60,471 nt of DNA from sequence record DRR723986_23489. The stretch is one strand, 5' to 3'. A program made the position numbers and the translations under genes. Shown one piece after another: positions 49,552 to 59,766 of the stretch (its first letter is position 1; every line of letters starts with the position of its first letter). A model generated the notes under the pieces. That model did not search any database. It saw nothing but the letters and a program-made list of their open reading frames with translations, and was not told where the DNA came from.

Positions 49552-52500
49552 TTAACTAGGGTTGGAGGATGAAATAAACAGGTTGATTGTAAAGGTTGTC
49601 CCTTCCCCTTCAACAGACTCCACCCGGATTTCGCCGTTGTGAGCCTTGATAATATCATAACTCAAAGAAAGCCCCAATCCAGTTCCTTGTCCGGTTGGCT
49701 TGGTTGTAAAGAAGGGTTGGAAAACCTTTTCTACGATAGCCTTTGGAATTCCTTTTCCATTATCAGTTACTTTGATTTGAATACCATTTTTGTCATTGCC
49801 CATCTCAATTTTCGAGGTTTGCACGGTTACTAAAGGCTTATAATCTTCTCCTGCCTCGCTCTTTTTTTCATTGACTGCATAAAATGCATTGTTAAAGAGG
49901 TTAAGCAGTACCCGTCCTACATCTTGACTTACCATTGGAACTAATGGCAGTGTTGAGTCAAAGTCCATTTCAAAATCAGAATTGAATGAGCTGTCTTTAG
50001 CACGAAGGCCATGATAAGATAATCTTAAATACTCATCTGCAAGCACATTAATACTTGTTGGTTCTTTGGATCCTTTGCCACTTCTGCTATGCTGAAGCAT
50101 TCCCTTTACAATAGCCCCGGCTCGCTTACCATGCTTGGTGATTTTTTCAAGGTTACTTTCAATATCCTCGAGAATATCATCTTCTAATTCTTCGTCGCGC
50201 TCATCCTTAGGTCTGGATCTTTCTTCTTTAATTTCTTTAACCAATTCATTGGTCACTTCTGAGAAATTGTTTACGAAATTTAACGGGTTTTGAATTTCGT
50301 GTGCTATGCCAGCCATCAATTCACCGAGAGAAGCCATTTTTTCAGAATGAAGTAACTGAGCTTGGGTATCCTTCAAGTTTTCATGTGTCGTTGCCAACTC
50401 AGTGTAGGCTACTTCTATAGCTTTGGCATGTTCTAATTCACGTTCCTTCGTTCGTTCATTTTCTGCCTTGATCACCTGATTTCGCTGATAAATGGTAATT
50501 GGGTAAAGCAGTGAAATGAATAGTAACCCGTAAATTAAATATGCCCACCAAGTTCTATAAAGTGGAGGTAAGACCTCAAAACTATAGCTAATTGGAACTG
50601 TCCACTGCCCCGCACCTGAGTCTGCAGGACCCGTAAAGCGGGCTTTTACCTTAAATGTGTATTTACCCTCTTGAATATTACCGAAGTTGGCTGTGGTTTT
50701 TTTCAGAATCGGGCTCCATTGCTCATCATACCCATCAAGAATATATTGGTACTCCACCAAAAATGGCTTCGATAGTTCGTCTGTTCCAAAGTCAATATTG
50801 ATGTCATTGTTTCTGTAGGGAAGAACAAGATTTTGTGGTAAAGTATAGAAGCCAGAAATACTGTCGAATTCTATTCCCTTGTATTTATCCTGCAGCTCTT
50901 TCCGCTCGGTATCACTCAATTCTTTACCATAAACAATTAATTCATCAATGGTACGAGGAAAAGTATTGGTAGAAACTGCCTCATATTGCTTACTTAAACT
51001 GTGCCATGATACTACTTCCTCGCTTAATCGAAGTTCCTTTATCAGGACAGATGGGGTGGTATGATTTCGCTTTAATTTATTATAATCAAACCGGACTAAA
51101 GCAGTTTTGTTATTCCCTGTTCCCGCCCACAGGATACCTTTTTGATCGACATACATTCCATTTTGTCCATCAACAAGATCTTTGACTGGAAAGCCTGTTT
51201 CGGAATTAAACACTTCAATATTTCTGAGTGAATCCAGTGGTTTACCTTCTTTGGCTCCATCAAAAACTGCGATCCCAAGATTGGTTCCAACTGCCATTTT
51301 TCCATTAGGCAATTCTGCGATTTGTAGGATCACATTGTCTGGAAGCCCTTCATTTGTGGTAAAGTTTTGAAACAAAGAGGTGGGGGCTACTAAAATTGTC
51401 TTGTAATCATTCAGCTCACGAACAGTTTCTATTTGTTTGATTTTTTCCGCACTCAATACGCTTAGTCCATTTTCAGTGCCTATCCAGAGATTTCCTTGTT
51501 TGTCTTTTACAAGTCTTATCACGGCATTATCAGCTAAGCCCTGATCAGATGTGAAATTTGTGAAGGTCAATCCGTCAAATCTACTCAATCCACCATCTGC
51601 TGCTCCAAACCATAGCTTTTTGAAATTATCTTCTTCAATACCTAAAATCACATCTCCTGCTAAGCCATTCTGTGAGGTGTAAGTAATAAAAGCTTCCCCA
51701 TCAAATTTGCTGACTCCTCCACCATCAGTGCCAAACCACAAATTTCCCTTATCGTCTTCATTGATATTGTAGACTTCGTTTGCTGCCAATCCATGGTCAA
51801 TTGTGTAGGTAGTGAATGCTTCTCCATCGTACAAACTCACGCCTCCTCCACCCGTACCAAACCAAAGATTATCGTTTTGATCACGATGACTACTACTTAC
51901 GATTTCACCAGCGAGCCCTTGAGCAGCGGTATAGTTTGTGAATTTTTCACCGTTGAAACGGCTTACGCCACCTCCAGCCGTTCCAAACCATAAATCTCCA
52001 TCTCTATCCTCAACCGTACTTAAAACAATATTTCCACCTAAACCTTGAGATGTGGTAAAGTTGGTAAAGCTACCCCCGTCAAACCTACTGACGCCGCCGC
52101 CCTCAGTACAGAACCAAAGTTTGCCATTTGCGTCTATGACTACGTCAAGGATACTGTTACTAGCCAGGCCTTGTTCTCTAGTATAAGTGGTCATCTGCTT
52201 TCCATCATACCTACTCGCTCCCTTTTCAGTGGCAAACCACAGTACTCCATCTCGGGTTTCTGCTATGTTTCGCACTACCAAGCTTGCAAGTCCATCTGCA
52301 TGACCCAAGGATTTGAAGTTTTGCCCATCGTAGCTACTGACGCCGCCTCCTATAGTTCCAAACCAGATTTTTCCTGATCGATCAACTTTGATACTTCTAA
52401 TTCTATTGGATGGGAGGCCTTCAGAAACCGAAAAAGTTGTAAACGTATTACCATCAAATTTGCTTGCCCCACCACCATTGGTACCAAACCAAATATTACC

Positions 52501-53319
52501 AGAATGGTCTTGTGCAATGCTAATCACTACATCATCTGCTAACCCATCCTCCATTGTGTAAACTTGGAAAGTGTTGCCATCAAATTTGCTTGCGCCACCA
52601 CCATAGGTTCCAAACCAAATATTACCCTCAGAGTCCTCCATTATGCTCAAAATCGCATCATCTCCCAGACCATTTTCAGTGGTATAGTTTGTAAAGACCT
52701 TACCATCATAGCGACTGACTCCACCTCCCACGGTACCAAACCATAGAATGCCATTACTATCTTCCAACGCCACACGAACCGAATTCCCAGCTAATCCCTG
52801 GGAGGTTGTATAATTTGTAAAAGCTATACCATCAAATCTGCTCACACCTCCTCCATTTGTAGCAAACCAAAGATGTCCTCTGCTATCCAAAATGGCGCTG
52901 TTGACTGCATCTAAAGCCAAACCATTGTCAGTCGAGTAATTTTTGAATTGTGAAACTCCCCCGTTGCCTTGGATGAAGGGCTTGCCAGCTGAATCTTTTA
53001 CTAATTGATCATTTTCATCCGTTAAGTAAGGTAAGTTTTGAGAAATTGGGGCTTCTAAATTGACCCGAGACGGTGTGCCAGATTCATTGATGTAGGTATA
53101 AGAGCTTCCAGATTGGGTTGGAACCTTTATTCGGACTGGTTCTGGTCCTTTTGATAAATATGTTTTAATCGGCTGTAATGAGTCTGCGAGATCACTCAGA
53201 GAGTTCATTTGAGGAATAGCCAGTGGAGTAATTGTAGGTGCGTATTTGCCCTCCTGTGGTGTAGCACAGGAAAAAATAAATAGTACGCCTCCTAAAAAAA
53301 AGAGAAAATTTCTCATCAC
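49552..53319 (-). CDS. Sensor histidine kinase: lipobox, about 14-blade Reg_prop double propeller, Y_Y_Y, TM, HisKA/HATPase
   Basis: IFSC lipobox, 42-aa repeats of FTNYTTxQGL...[14 protein letters not shown], [21 protein letters not shown], and GIAHEIQNP. Confidence 0.93.
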   Translation of the reverse strand: MMRNFLFFLGGVLFIFSCATPQEGKYAPTITPLAIPQMNSLSDLADSLQPIKTYLSKGPEPVRIKVPTQSGSSYTYINESGTPSRVNLEAPISQNLPYLTDENDQLVKDSAGKPFIQGNGGVSQFKNYSTDNGLALDAVNSAILDSRGHLWFATNGGGVSRFDGIAFTNYTTSQGLAGNSVRVALEDSNGILWFGTVGGGVSRYDGKVFTNYTTENGLGDDAILSIMEDSEGNIWFGTYGGGASKFDGNTFQVYTMEDGLADDVVISIAQDHSGNIWFGTNGGGASKFDGNTFTTFSVSEGLPSNRIRSIKVDRSGKIWFGTIGGGVSSYDGQNFKSLGHADGLASLVVRNIAETRDGVLWFATEKGASRYDGKQMTTYTREQGLASNSILDVVIDANGKLWFCTEGGGVSRFDGGSFTNFTTSQGLGGNIVLSTVEDRDGDLWFGTAGGGVSRFNGEKFTNYTAAQGLAGEIVSSSHRDQNDNLWFGTGGGGVSLYDGEAFTTYTIDHGLAANEVYNINEDDKGNLWFGTDGGGVSKFDGEAFITYTSQNGLAGDVILGIEEDNFKKLWFGAADGGLSRFDGLTFTNFTSDQGLADNAVIRLVKDKQGNLWIGTENGLSVLSAEKIKQIETVRELNDYKTILVAPTSLFQNFTTNEGLPDNVILQIAELPNGKMAVGTNLGIAVFDGAKEGKPLDSLRNIEVFNSETGFPVKDLVDGQNGMYVDQKGILWAGTGNNKTALVRFDYNKLKRNHTTPSVLIKELRLSEEVVSWHSLSKQYEAVSTNTFPRTIDELIVYGKELSDTERKELQDKYKGIEFDSISGFYTLPQNLVLPYRNNDINIDFGTDELSKPFLVEYQYILDGYDEQWSPILKKTTANFGNIQEGKYTFKVKARFTGPADSGAGQWTVPISYSFEVLPPLYRTWWAYLIYGLLFISLLYPITIYQRNQVIKAENERTKERELEHAKAIEVAYTELATTHENLKDTQAQLLHSEKMASLGELMAGIAHEIQNPLNFVNNFSEVTNELVKEIKEERSRPKDERDEELEDDILEDIESNLEKITKHGKRAGAIVKGMLQHSRSGKGSKEPTSINVLADEYLRLSYHGLRAKDSSFNSDFEMDFDSTLPLVPMVSQDVGRVLLNLFNNAFYAVNEKKSEAGEDYKPLVTVQTSKIEMGNDKNGIQIKVTDNGKGIPKAIVEKVFQPFFTTKPTGQGTGLGLSLSYDIIKAHNGEIRVESVEGEGTTFTINLFISSSNPS
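51449..52947 (-). repeat. Coding tandem repeat of about 126 nt (42 aa), 12 copies
   Basis: Twelve consecutive, regular propeller blades are readable in the translation. Confidence 0.85.
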
Positions 53320-53571
53320 AAAAACTCAATTTGGTATAAATCCGTTGGCCTAGATGTCCTAAAAAGAATTGTAAAAGGTAAATATATTTTATGCCATATA
53401 AAATGCCTTACACAAAACTATTTTTGCACTTTTTTAATAATTGCTCCAATCTTAACCCACTGCAAAACGTCTGATTCTTACTTATTTCAAAAAGTTTGGG
53501 TATAAGGTAAAATTTGAAAAGTCCAATTTTGAAAAAGTTAATAGGAAGTTTGTTTTGTACTTGTAGGTCTT

Positions 53572-54954
53572 TTAATTGGTTAAAGAAATGAAAAATTCTG
53601 TCCAAGACTCCTGTCCGGTTTCCACCCCACTTGCCTGACTAGTTACTGCCAATTCTCCTCCATGGGCTTTGACTATATCATAGCTCAAGGAGAGGCCTAA
53701 GCCAGTTCCAAGTCCAGATGGTTTGGTCGTAAAAAAGGGCTGAAATATTTTTTCCTTAATAGAGTCTGGCATTCCGGTACCATTATCTTTCACTCGGATC
53801 TCTACTCCATTGCTTATTCGTTTCGTACTCACCCAAACCGTAGGTTTGTAGCTCTTCGCCAGTTCTGTATCCTCCAAGGTGCCTAATATCTTTTTCTTCT
53901 CAGATACAGCATAGAATGCATTGTTCACCAAATTTAGAATCACTCTTCCTATCTCCTGAGGTATGACATCCACTGTTCCCACTTCTTCATCAAAATCAGT
54001 CTCTATGCTTGCATTGAATGACTTATCTTTTGCTCTCAGTCCATGGTAAGAAAGGCGTAGGTATTCATCAGCCAGCTCATTGATATTTGTAGGTTCTTTC
54101 ACCCCAGTACTGCTGCGGCTATGTTGGAGCATTCCCTTTACAATGGCGTCTGCACGCTTTCCGTGATGAACTATCTTCTCCTCATTCGCCTCCAGATCAC
54201 TTACAATAAGCTTTATTTCGTCCAGATCTCCCTTAGCCAATTCTACTTTTAATTCTTCCAGAAGTTCCTTATTTAGCTCAGAAAAATTGTTGACAAAGTT
54301 CAAAGGATTCTGAATCTCATGAGCAATTCCTGCTGTCAGCTCACCTAGTGAGGCCATTTTTTCAGAATGTACTAATTGTGATTGTGCTGCTCTGAGTTCG
54401 TGTAAGGTCTTTTCCAACGACTCTTTTTGGGCAGTGATTTCAGCTGTGCGTTCAGCCACTTGGATTTCCAGAGCGTCTTTTTGTTTTTGGGACTTCTTGA
54501 ATTCAAGCTCTTGGGCTGCAGCTTTAATACGCTCAAGCTCTAAGGCCTTTCTTTGCTTCCTATTAATAATGAATTGAGCGACAAGCCATATCCAGCCAAA
54601 AAGTGCAGCTGTATCAAACCAATTTTCCCAACTGTGATAAAAATCGCTTGCAACCAGCTTAGTGAAATCCTGAATTACATGAATCAATACTACAGGTAAG
54701 AATGCGTATACGTAAGGCTTAAGCGGCGAGAACACATTCCTGTTGTAGGCTGCATAAATAACATAGAGGTTGAGGGAATGAGCAACCCAACGCATCAAAA
54801 TATCTGTTGAGTTGAAAATTACTTGGATAGCCAAAAAACAACTTACAGCTATCAGACCTTTCAAAAATAAGCTTTGCCATTCGGGATAAAGCTCCTTGGT
54901 TTGCGCATGCGTTTGAAGAAATCTAAAAGCAATGATCAGAAGTATAAAATCCAT
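53572..54954 (-). CDS. Multi-TM membrane histidine kinase
   Basis: About 4-5 N-terminal TM segments, a coiled coil, [26 protein letters not shown] and GTGLGLS. Confidence 0.92.
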   Translation of the reverse strand: MDFILLIIAFRFLQTHAQTKELYPEWQSLFLKGLIAVSCFLAIQVIFNSTDILMRWVAHSLNLYVIYAAYNRNVFSPLKPYVYAFLPVVLIHVIQDFTKLVASDFYHSWENWFDTAALFGWIWLVAQFIINRKQRKALELERIKAAAQELEFKKSQKQKDALEIQVAERTAEITAQKESLEKTLHELRAAQSQLVHSEKMASLGELTAGIAHEIQNPLNFVNNFSELNKELLEELKVELAKGDLDEIKLIVSDLEANEEKIVHHGKRADAIVKGMLQHSRSSTGVKEPTNINELADEYLRLSYHGLRAKDKSFNASIETDFDEEVGTVDVIPQEIGRVILNLVNNAFYAVSEKKKILGTLEDTELAKSYKPTVWVSTKRISNGVEIRVKDNGTGMPDSIKEKIFQPFFTTKPSGLGTGLGLSLSYDIVKAHGGELAVTSQASGVETGQESWTEFFISLTN

Positions 54955-55093
54955 AGAAACTGGGCTAGCATTAAAAAAGCGGGACTAAGCAAGAAGCAAA
55001 ATAAGAATAATTTCAGTAGAAGAAGTGATAGCTACAACAAGTTCAAGATTACCCTAGTAAATGACCTGCAAGAAATGACAGAAAAGGAACCCA

Positions 55094-56167
55094 CTAATGT
55101 TGATGTGCGAGACGATGTTGCTTTAAGATATCCTCGCCAAAGTCATTTCCATTTTCCCTCCAAATAGTATGAATGTGATTGGCATTGTCAAGAAAGCCTA
55201 CATTGTCATACTCGATGATGAAATCTGGACTATGAATCATATAATAATGAGCTTTCATGGGTTCATAGCTGCCGATCCAGCTGAAATAAACTTCATCCAT
55301 TCCTCGCGCATGCAGGATGGCAAGGTACTCCTCAGCTTTAGGGTGGTCTAGATTATTAACGTATTCCTCGATGAGGTAATGAAGGATTTTCTGCTGGTCG
55401 GCACTTAGTTCTGCCCCTTTGATTCCCTTAAATTCCTTGATCCACTGATCTCGACCAGGGCTGGTAAGTATATCTCCAGGGACTTTTTCGCTTAATGTCG
55501 CTTTAGTTTTCTGCTCTTCATTGAGTGTATTTACAAACCAAAAACCATAATCTTCTTCCTTACTCAAAGGTCTTAACCCTGCATATTGTGTCACTTCAAC
55601 CAGTGCAGGATCAGAGCCAAGGAACATAGGCGTCATGGAAAATTTGTCTCCTGAAACAGTCAGATTGAGAGAAAGATGGTGTCCTTCGAATTTTAACCCC
55701 CAATTATCATCCTTACTCGGATCACCTAGAATGGCAAGAAAATAATTGCCATAGTCCCAATCCAAGGTTCGGATCATTTTGATAGTATTTTCATTCATCT
55801 GACCTTTCTGATAGCCGATTTCCATGATTTCATGCAGGATATCATCTACCTGCATAATTGAAAAAACTTTCAAATAGCCTTGAGAACTTAAAATTGTGCT
55901 CAATACCCGATGAAATTGAATTTTGCTTTCATCCGAAAGATCACCAAACCGAACCCCACTTCTAGGAGCTAATCCTAAAGGCAAATTGGTCCACTTGGTT
56001 CTCAAACTATCCGAAAAATCAAACACCAAAGCAGATTTCTGCTCTTCAGGCAAGGTCTCTACAAAGGAAACAGCGACGTCTTTTAGAGCTTTGACATCCT
56101 GAGCAAGTGCAAGGCTAGAGGTCAGTAAAAATAGAAGGAAATAGAAACTTGATCTATACATGGTCAT
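55094..56167 (-). CDS. Secreted DUF3500-like protein
   Basis: Signal peptide, WTNLP, LSSQGY, FEGHHLSLN and NHIHTIWR...DFG. Confidence 0.8.
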   Translation of the reverse strand: MTMYRSSFYFLLFLLTSSLALAQDVKALKDVAVSFVETLPEEQKSALVFDFSDSLRTKWTNLPLGLAPRSGVRFGDLSDESKIQFHRVLSTILSSQGYLKVFSIMQVDDILHEIMEIGYQKGQMNENTIKMIRTLDWDYGNYFLAILGDPSKDDNWGLKFEGHHLSLNLTVSGDKFSMTPMFLGSDPALVEVTQYAGLRPLSKEEDYGFWFVNTLNEEQKTKATLSEKVPGDILTSPGRDQWIKEFKGIKGAELSADQQKILHYLIEEYVNNLDHPKAEEYLAILHARGMDEVYFSWIGSYEPMKAHYYMIHSPDFIIEYDNVGFLDNANHIHTIWRENGNDFGEDILKQHRLAHQH

Positions 56168-56219
56168 TTGGGCTAAGTCTCACTAGATATTCTAAGATAG
56201 AGTTTTCATCCTAGAAAAA

Positions 56220-56411
56220 TCACCCTATTCTTCCATCTCCATCGATGTCCCTACCAGATTGCTCTTCGAGGATTTTAAGTGTTTTGATTAATAATTCTCT
56301 AGTATTTGCTAGTTCCCATTCTAAGTTTCTGACTCTGACCTCGAGTGTTTCAGCTTTTGCTTTATGGTCTTGAATTTGACTTTGCTGGATTAGATCCCAA
56401 AATAGCCCCAT
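56220..56411 (-). CDS. Small hypothetical protein (coiled coil + DxDGDG tail)
   Basis: 63-aa ORF that fills the intergenic gap, is co-oriented with its neighbours, and ends DIDGDGRIG. Confidence 0.7.
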   Translation of the reverse strand: MGLFWDLIQQSQIQDHKAKAETLEVRVRNLEWELANTRELLIKTLKILEEQSGRDIDGDGRIG

Positions 56412-56471
56412 AGGTAAATCTGTTTTAATTATTAGCTAGTTCTAGTGTATTTTAGATGATTCTTACTCTGG

Positions 56472-57812
56472 CTATTCTGATTTTAATTTTCCTTTTGAAA
56501 CTGCTTTTACCAAGAAGTAAATCAGGGTAAGGGAACCTATAAAAATAAGAATTCCTGTTTTTTCATAGCCAGTCAAATTGGATAGGAAAAAGAGGATAAT
56601 TCCAGCTGCCAAAATTGGAACTGTATATCCAAATGGAATTTTGAAATCTCCTGAATTAGCTGGTTGCTTCCTCCTAAATTTGATCACAGATAAGGCTACA
56701 CCAAAATAAACCAATAGCATACTCGCTGATGCAATTACAGCTAGCTGTCGAAATCCGCCAATAGCTGCAAGGGTAAACCCAATTCCCCCATAAAGCAAGA
56801 TCGAAATATAAGGAGTCTTGAATCTAGGATGGATGGCAGCCAATTTATCCATAGGAATCACCCGATCACTAGCCAAACCAAATAGCACTCGTGGCAAATT
56901 TAGAATTTCCCCACTCAGCATTCCAAACATAGAAACTCCCGCTGTAATTAACAGTAGCGTGTAACCAAAGGGACCAAAAACAACATTTGCCACAGATGCT
57001 AAAGGAGCTTCTTTGAATTCTGGCAATTGATCTCCTAAAACTCCCTGAGAAATAGTTTGAATTAGAACATAAAGAATCAGTACAAACGTGATTCCTATGA
57101 AAATAGCCTTTGGTACAGTCTTTTGAGGGTTTTTGATCTCCCCACCGACGGTTAATCCTGCATCTCCACCTTGAAATGCAAAAAATAAAATCAGGGAAGC
57201 CGCTCCAAAATTCTTGAATGAGGAGGCATTTTCTATCATCAGATTGGAAAAAGTAACATCTTTCCAGCTGAATAGAATCAGTAAGAGTAGAGGAGTCAAT
57301 TTTGCAACCGTATTGATTTTCACCAAACCAATTCCTTGCTTGACGCCTATCACGTTTAGAAAGCACAAACCCCCAAAAACCAAAAACAATAATAACACAC
57401 GGATGTATTGATTAGCGAAAACCGGAAAAGCCAGACCAATTAATTCTATCAAGGCATTAGCTACAGCGGCATCTGAAAATGCGCTGCCCATCACCATAAA
57501 AACAGCAGCTAAGAATCCTGTATATGGACCAAAAGCCGTTTCAACATAGGCATAAGCTCCTCCGGATCGAGTGACTTTACTCCCTGCCTCTGCAAAACAC
57601 AGCATGACCAAAGCAATCAGAAATCCACAAAACAGGTAAACAAAGATGCCTGCGGAACCCATGATCTCAGCAACAATCGCTGGCAAGACAAAGATGCCCG
57701 CGCCGACAATAATATTAACAATATTGGCTGAGAGGCCCCACAATCCGATTTCCCTTTTTAACCCTGTTTCTTTTTCCATATATAATTCTTTGGTGGATGC
57801 CTTTTGTGTCAT
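56472..57812 (-). CDS. APC-family amino acid permease; start 57812 or 57779
   Basis: LKREIGL, IVGAGIF, CFAEAGS...SGGAY, EIKNP and HPRFKTP. About 12 TM segments. Confidence 0.92.
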   Translation of the reverse strand: MTQKASTKELYMEKETGLKREIGLWGLSANIVNIIVGAGIFVLPAIVAEIMGSAGIFVYLFCGFLIALVMLCFAEAGSKVTRSGGAYAYVETAFGPYTGFLAAVFMVMGSAFSDAAVANALIELIGLAFPVFANQYIRVLLLFLVFGGLCFLNVIGVKQGIGLVKINTVAKLTPLLLLILFSWKDVTFSNLMIENASSFKNFGAASLILFFAFQGGDAGLTVGGEIKNPQKTVPKAIFIGITFVLILYVLIQTISQGVLGDQLPEFKEAPLASVANVVFGPFGYTLLLITAGVSMFGMLSGEILNLPRVLFGLASDRVIPMDKLAAIHPRFKTPYISILLYGGIGFTLAAIGGFRQLAVIASASMLLVYFGVALSVIKFRRKQPANSGDFKIPFGYTVPILAAGIILFFLSNLTGYEKTGILIFIGSLTLIYFLVKAVSKGKLKSE

Positions 57813-57955
57813 TAAGCTATCAAAATCAGCATGCTATGGCAAACTTAAAATAGATGCTGATTCGATCTCCTGAAAGCTCGGGACGTCAACCGTCTTCGGA
57901 CTGGATAATCGAAGGATCTAGAGTAGCCGGCAACATTGCAGGATAATCATACTAT

Positions 57956-59653
57956 TTAATAACCTCTAGCTCCACCATCTTCGCTTGAAGAATCAGAAGC
58001 TCCGGTATATAATTTTTTGGAAGCATCGTAAGTGATTCCCATCAGTACACCAATATTAGTTGTTGGCGTAAGTGAATGCCCCATTTTTTCAAGCGCTTCT
58101 CTTGTATCTGGAGAAAGTAAATTTACCTCATACAAAATGCGATCTGGAAGCCATTGATGATGGATTTTCATCGCCTCGATAGCCCGATCAATTCGCATAT
58201 CGTAAGCTAGCACATTCAAAACCGTCTGAAAAACGGTGTTAATAATCGTCCTTCCTCCAGGACTACCAATGACTAAATAAGGTTTTCCATCCTTTGCCAC
58301 AATCGTGGGAGTCATGCTTGACAACATTCTTTTTTCAGGTGCTACCAAATTGGGATCAGATCCAATTTGTCCAGTAGTAGTCGTTTCCCCGGGAACTGGA
58401 TTAAAATCCCCCATTTCATTATTGAAAATGAAACCAAGTTTGGAAGAACCCATTTTTACGCCATAAGAATTTTCCAGGGTGTATGTCAGAGAAATGGCGT
58501 TGCCGTCTTTATCAACTACCGAAAAATGAGTGGTATTATCTCCTCCATATGGGTGACCAAATTGTGCTGGATCAGAGATAGAGGCCTTGGTCATATCTAG
58601 ATTTTCAAAGCGAGTTTTTGCAAATTCCTTTGAAAGCAATCTATCCAAAGGCATATCCAAATTGAAATCTGGGTCTCCTAAAAATTCAGCTCTATCTGCG
58701 AAAGCTCTTCTCATTGCTTCAGCTACCAAATGCACATAAGCAGTAGAGTTGAATTCCACTTCAGAGATATTGGCTTCCTCCATGAGATTCATCATTTCGA
58801 TCAAAGCAACTCCGCCTGAACTCGGAGGCGGCATGGAATAAATATCATAGCCATTGAAAGTTCCTTTCACTGGCTCGCGCTCTACGGCTTCATATTTCTC
58901 CAAATCTTCCTTAGTGATAATTCCTCCATTGGCTTTCATGTAATCTTCGATCTCCTGCGCTACCCAGCCTTTGTAGAAACCGTCTCTACCGTGTTTTTGG
59001 ATTTCTTTAAGGGTTTTTGCCAAAGCAGGTTGCTTCCAGGTTTCCCCAGGCTTAACGATTTGTCCATTTTCCCCTCTGAAGTAATTTTTCATAATGTCCT
59101 CCGAAGGATCACGGTCAGTCATTCTTACTGCCGCATTATACAAGCCATAGCTCATGGTAAAGCCTTCTTTGGCTAATTCTACGGATGGTTTTACCAAATC
59201 AGCCCAAGGTAGTTTTCCGTATTTCTGATGAGCTTGATAGAGGCCAGCGACTGTCCCAGGAACTCCTACAGCTAATAAACCTTGGTGGTTGGAGTTATTT
59301 TTGATTTTTCCATTTTCATCCAAAAACATGGTTGGGCTTGCTGCCAAAGGGGCTTTCTCACGAAAATCAAATGTGGTAACCTCGCCTTCTGAGTTTAAAT
59401 AAACGATAAACCCTCCACCGCCGATATTTCCAGCTTCCGGATGAGTTACTTCCAAAGCAAAAGCGGTAGCGACAGCAGCATCGATGGCATTACCTCCTTT
59501 TTTGAGAATATCTACTCCAACTTGAGAAGCTATCACATTGTCAGAAACGACCATTCCATTTTCAGCGTAAGTCTGAGCTTGGGTGGTACTGACGAAAAAC
59601 AGAAGAAGGACTGAGCAGCCTATCGCTACCTTTTGAATAAAGTTAGTTTTCAT
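57956..59653 (-). CDS. ggt: Gamma-glutamyltransferase (secreted)
   Basis: GGNAIDAAVA, DFREKAP, PPPSSGG, catalytic TTHFSVVD, NNEMGDF, SSMTP and GSPGG. Confidence 0.96.
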   Translation of the reverse strand: MKTNFIQKVAIGCSVLLLFFVSTTQAQTYAENGMVVSDNVIASQVGVDILKKGGNAIDAAVATAFALEVTHPEAGNIGGGGFIVYLNSEGEVTTFDFREKAPLAASPTMFLDENGKIKNNSNHQGLLAVGVPGTVAGLYQAHQKYGKLPWADLVKPSVELAKEGFTMSYGLYNAAVRMTDRDPSEDIMKNYFRGENGQIVKPGETWKQPALAKTLKEIQKHGRDGFYKGWVAQEIEDYMKANGGIITKEDLEKYEAVEREPVKGTFNGYDIYSMPPPSSGGVALIEMMNLMEEANISEVEFNSTAYVHLVAEAMRRAFADRAEFLGDPDFNLDMPLDRLLSKEFAKTRFENLDMTKASISDPAQFGHPYGGDNTTHFSVVDKDGNAISLTYTLENSYGVKMGSSKLGFIFNNEMGDFNPVPGETTTTGQIGSDPNLVAPEKRMLSSMTPTIVAKDGKPYLVIGSPGGRTIINTVFQTVLNVLAYDMRIDRAIEAMKIHHQWLPDRILYEVNLLSPDTREALEKMGHSLTPTTNIGVLMGITYDASKKLYTGASDSSSEDGGARGY

Positions 59654-59766
59654 TGAGTATTAAGGTTGGTAAAGTGTGGTTTGAGTAAAAATAAGAGAAA
59701 ATACCAGATCATTGGTAAGAGTTCTGATAAGTGGAAAAAATGGAAGTTATTAGATTAGCTCCCTTA

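Noticed and set aside
51449-52947. CRISPR-like or non-coding repeat array
   Set aside because: The periodicity is in-frame protein repeat with synonymous divergence. There are no identical repeats with unique spacers and no cas genes.
53408-53605. 65-aa ORF between the kinases, and the 97-aa plus-strand ORF at 54874..55167
   Set aside because: Both overlap real genes, have low-complexity AT-driven composition and show no recognisable motif.
181-59176. The many 60-165 aa ORFs nested in or antisense to long genes
   Set aside because: They are shadow ORFs of well-supported CDSs with no independent motifs.
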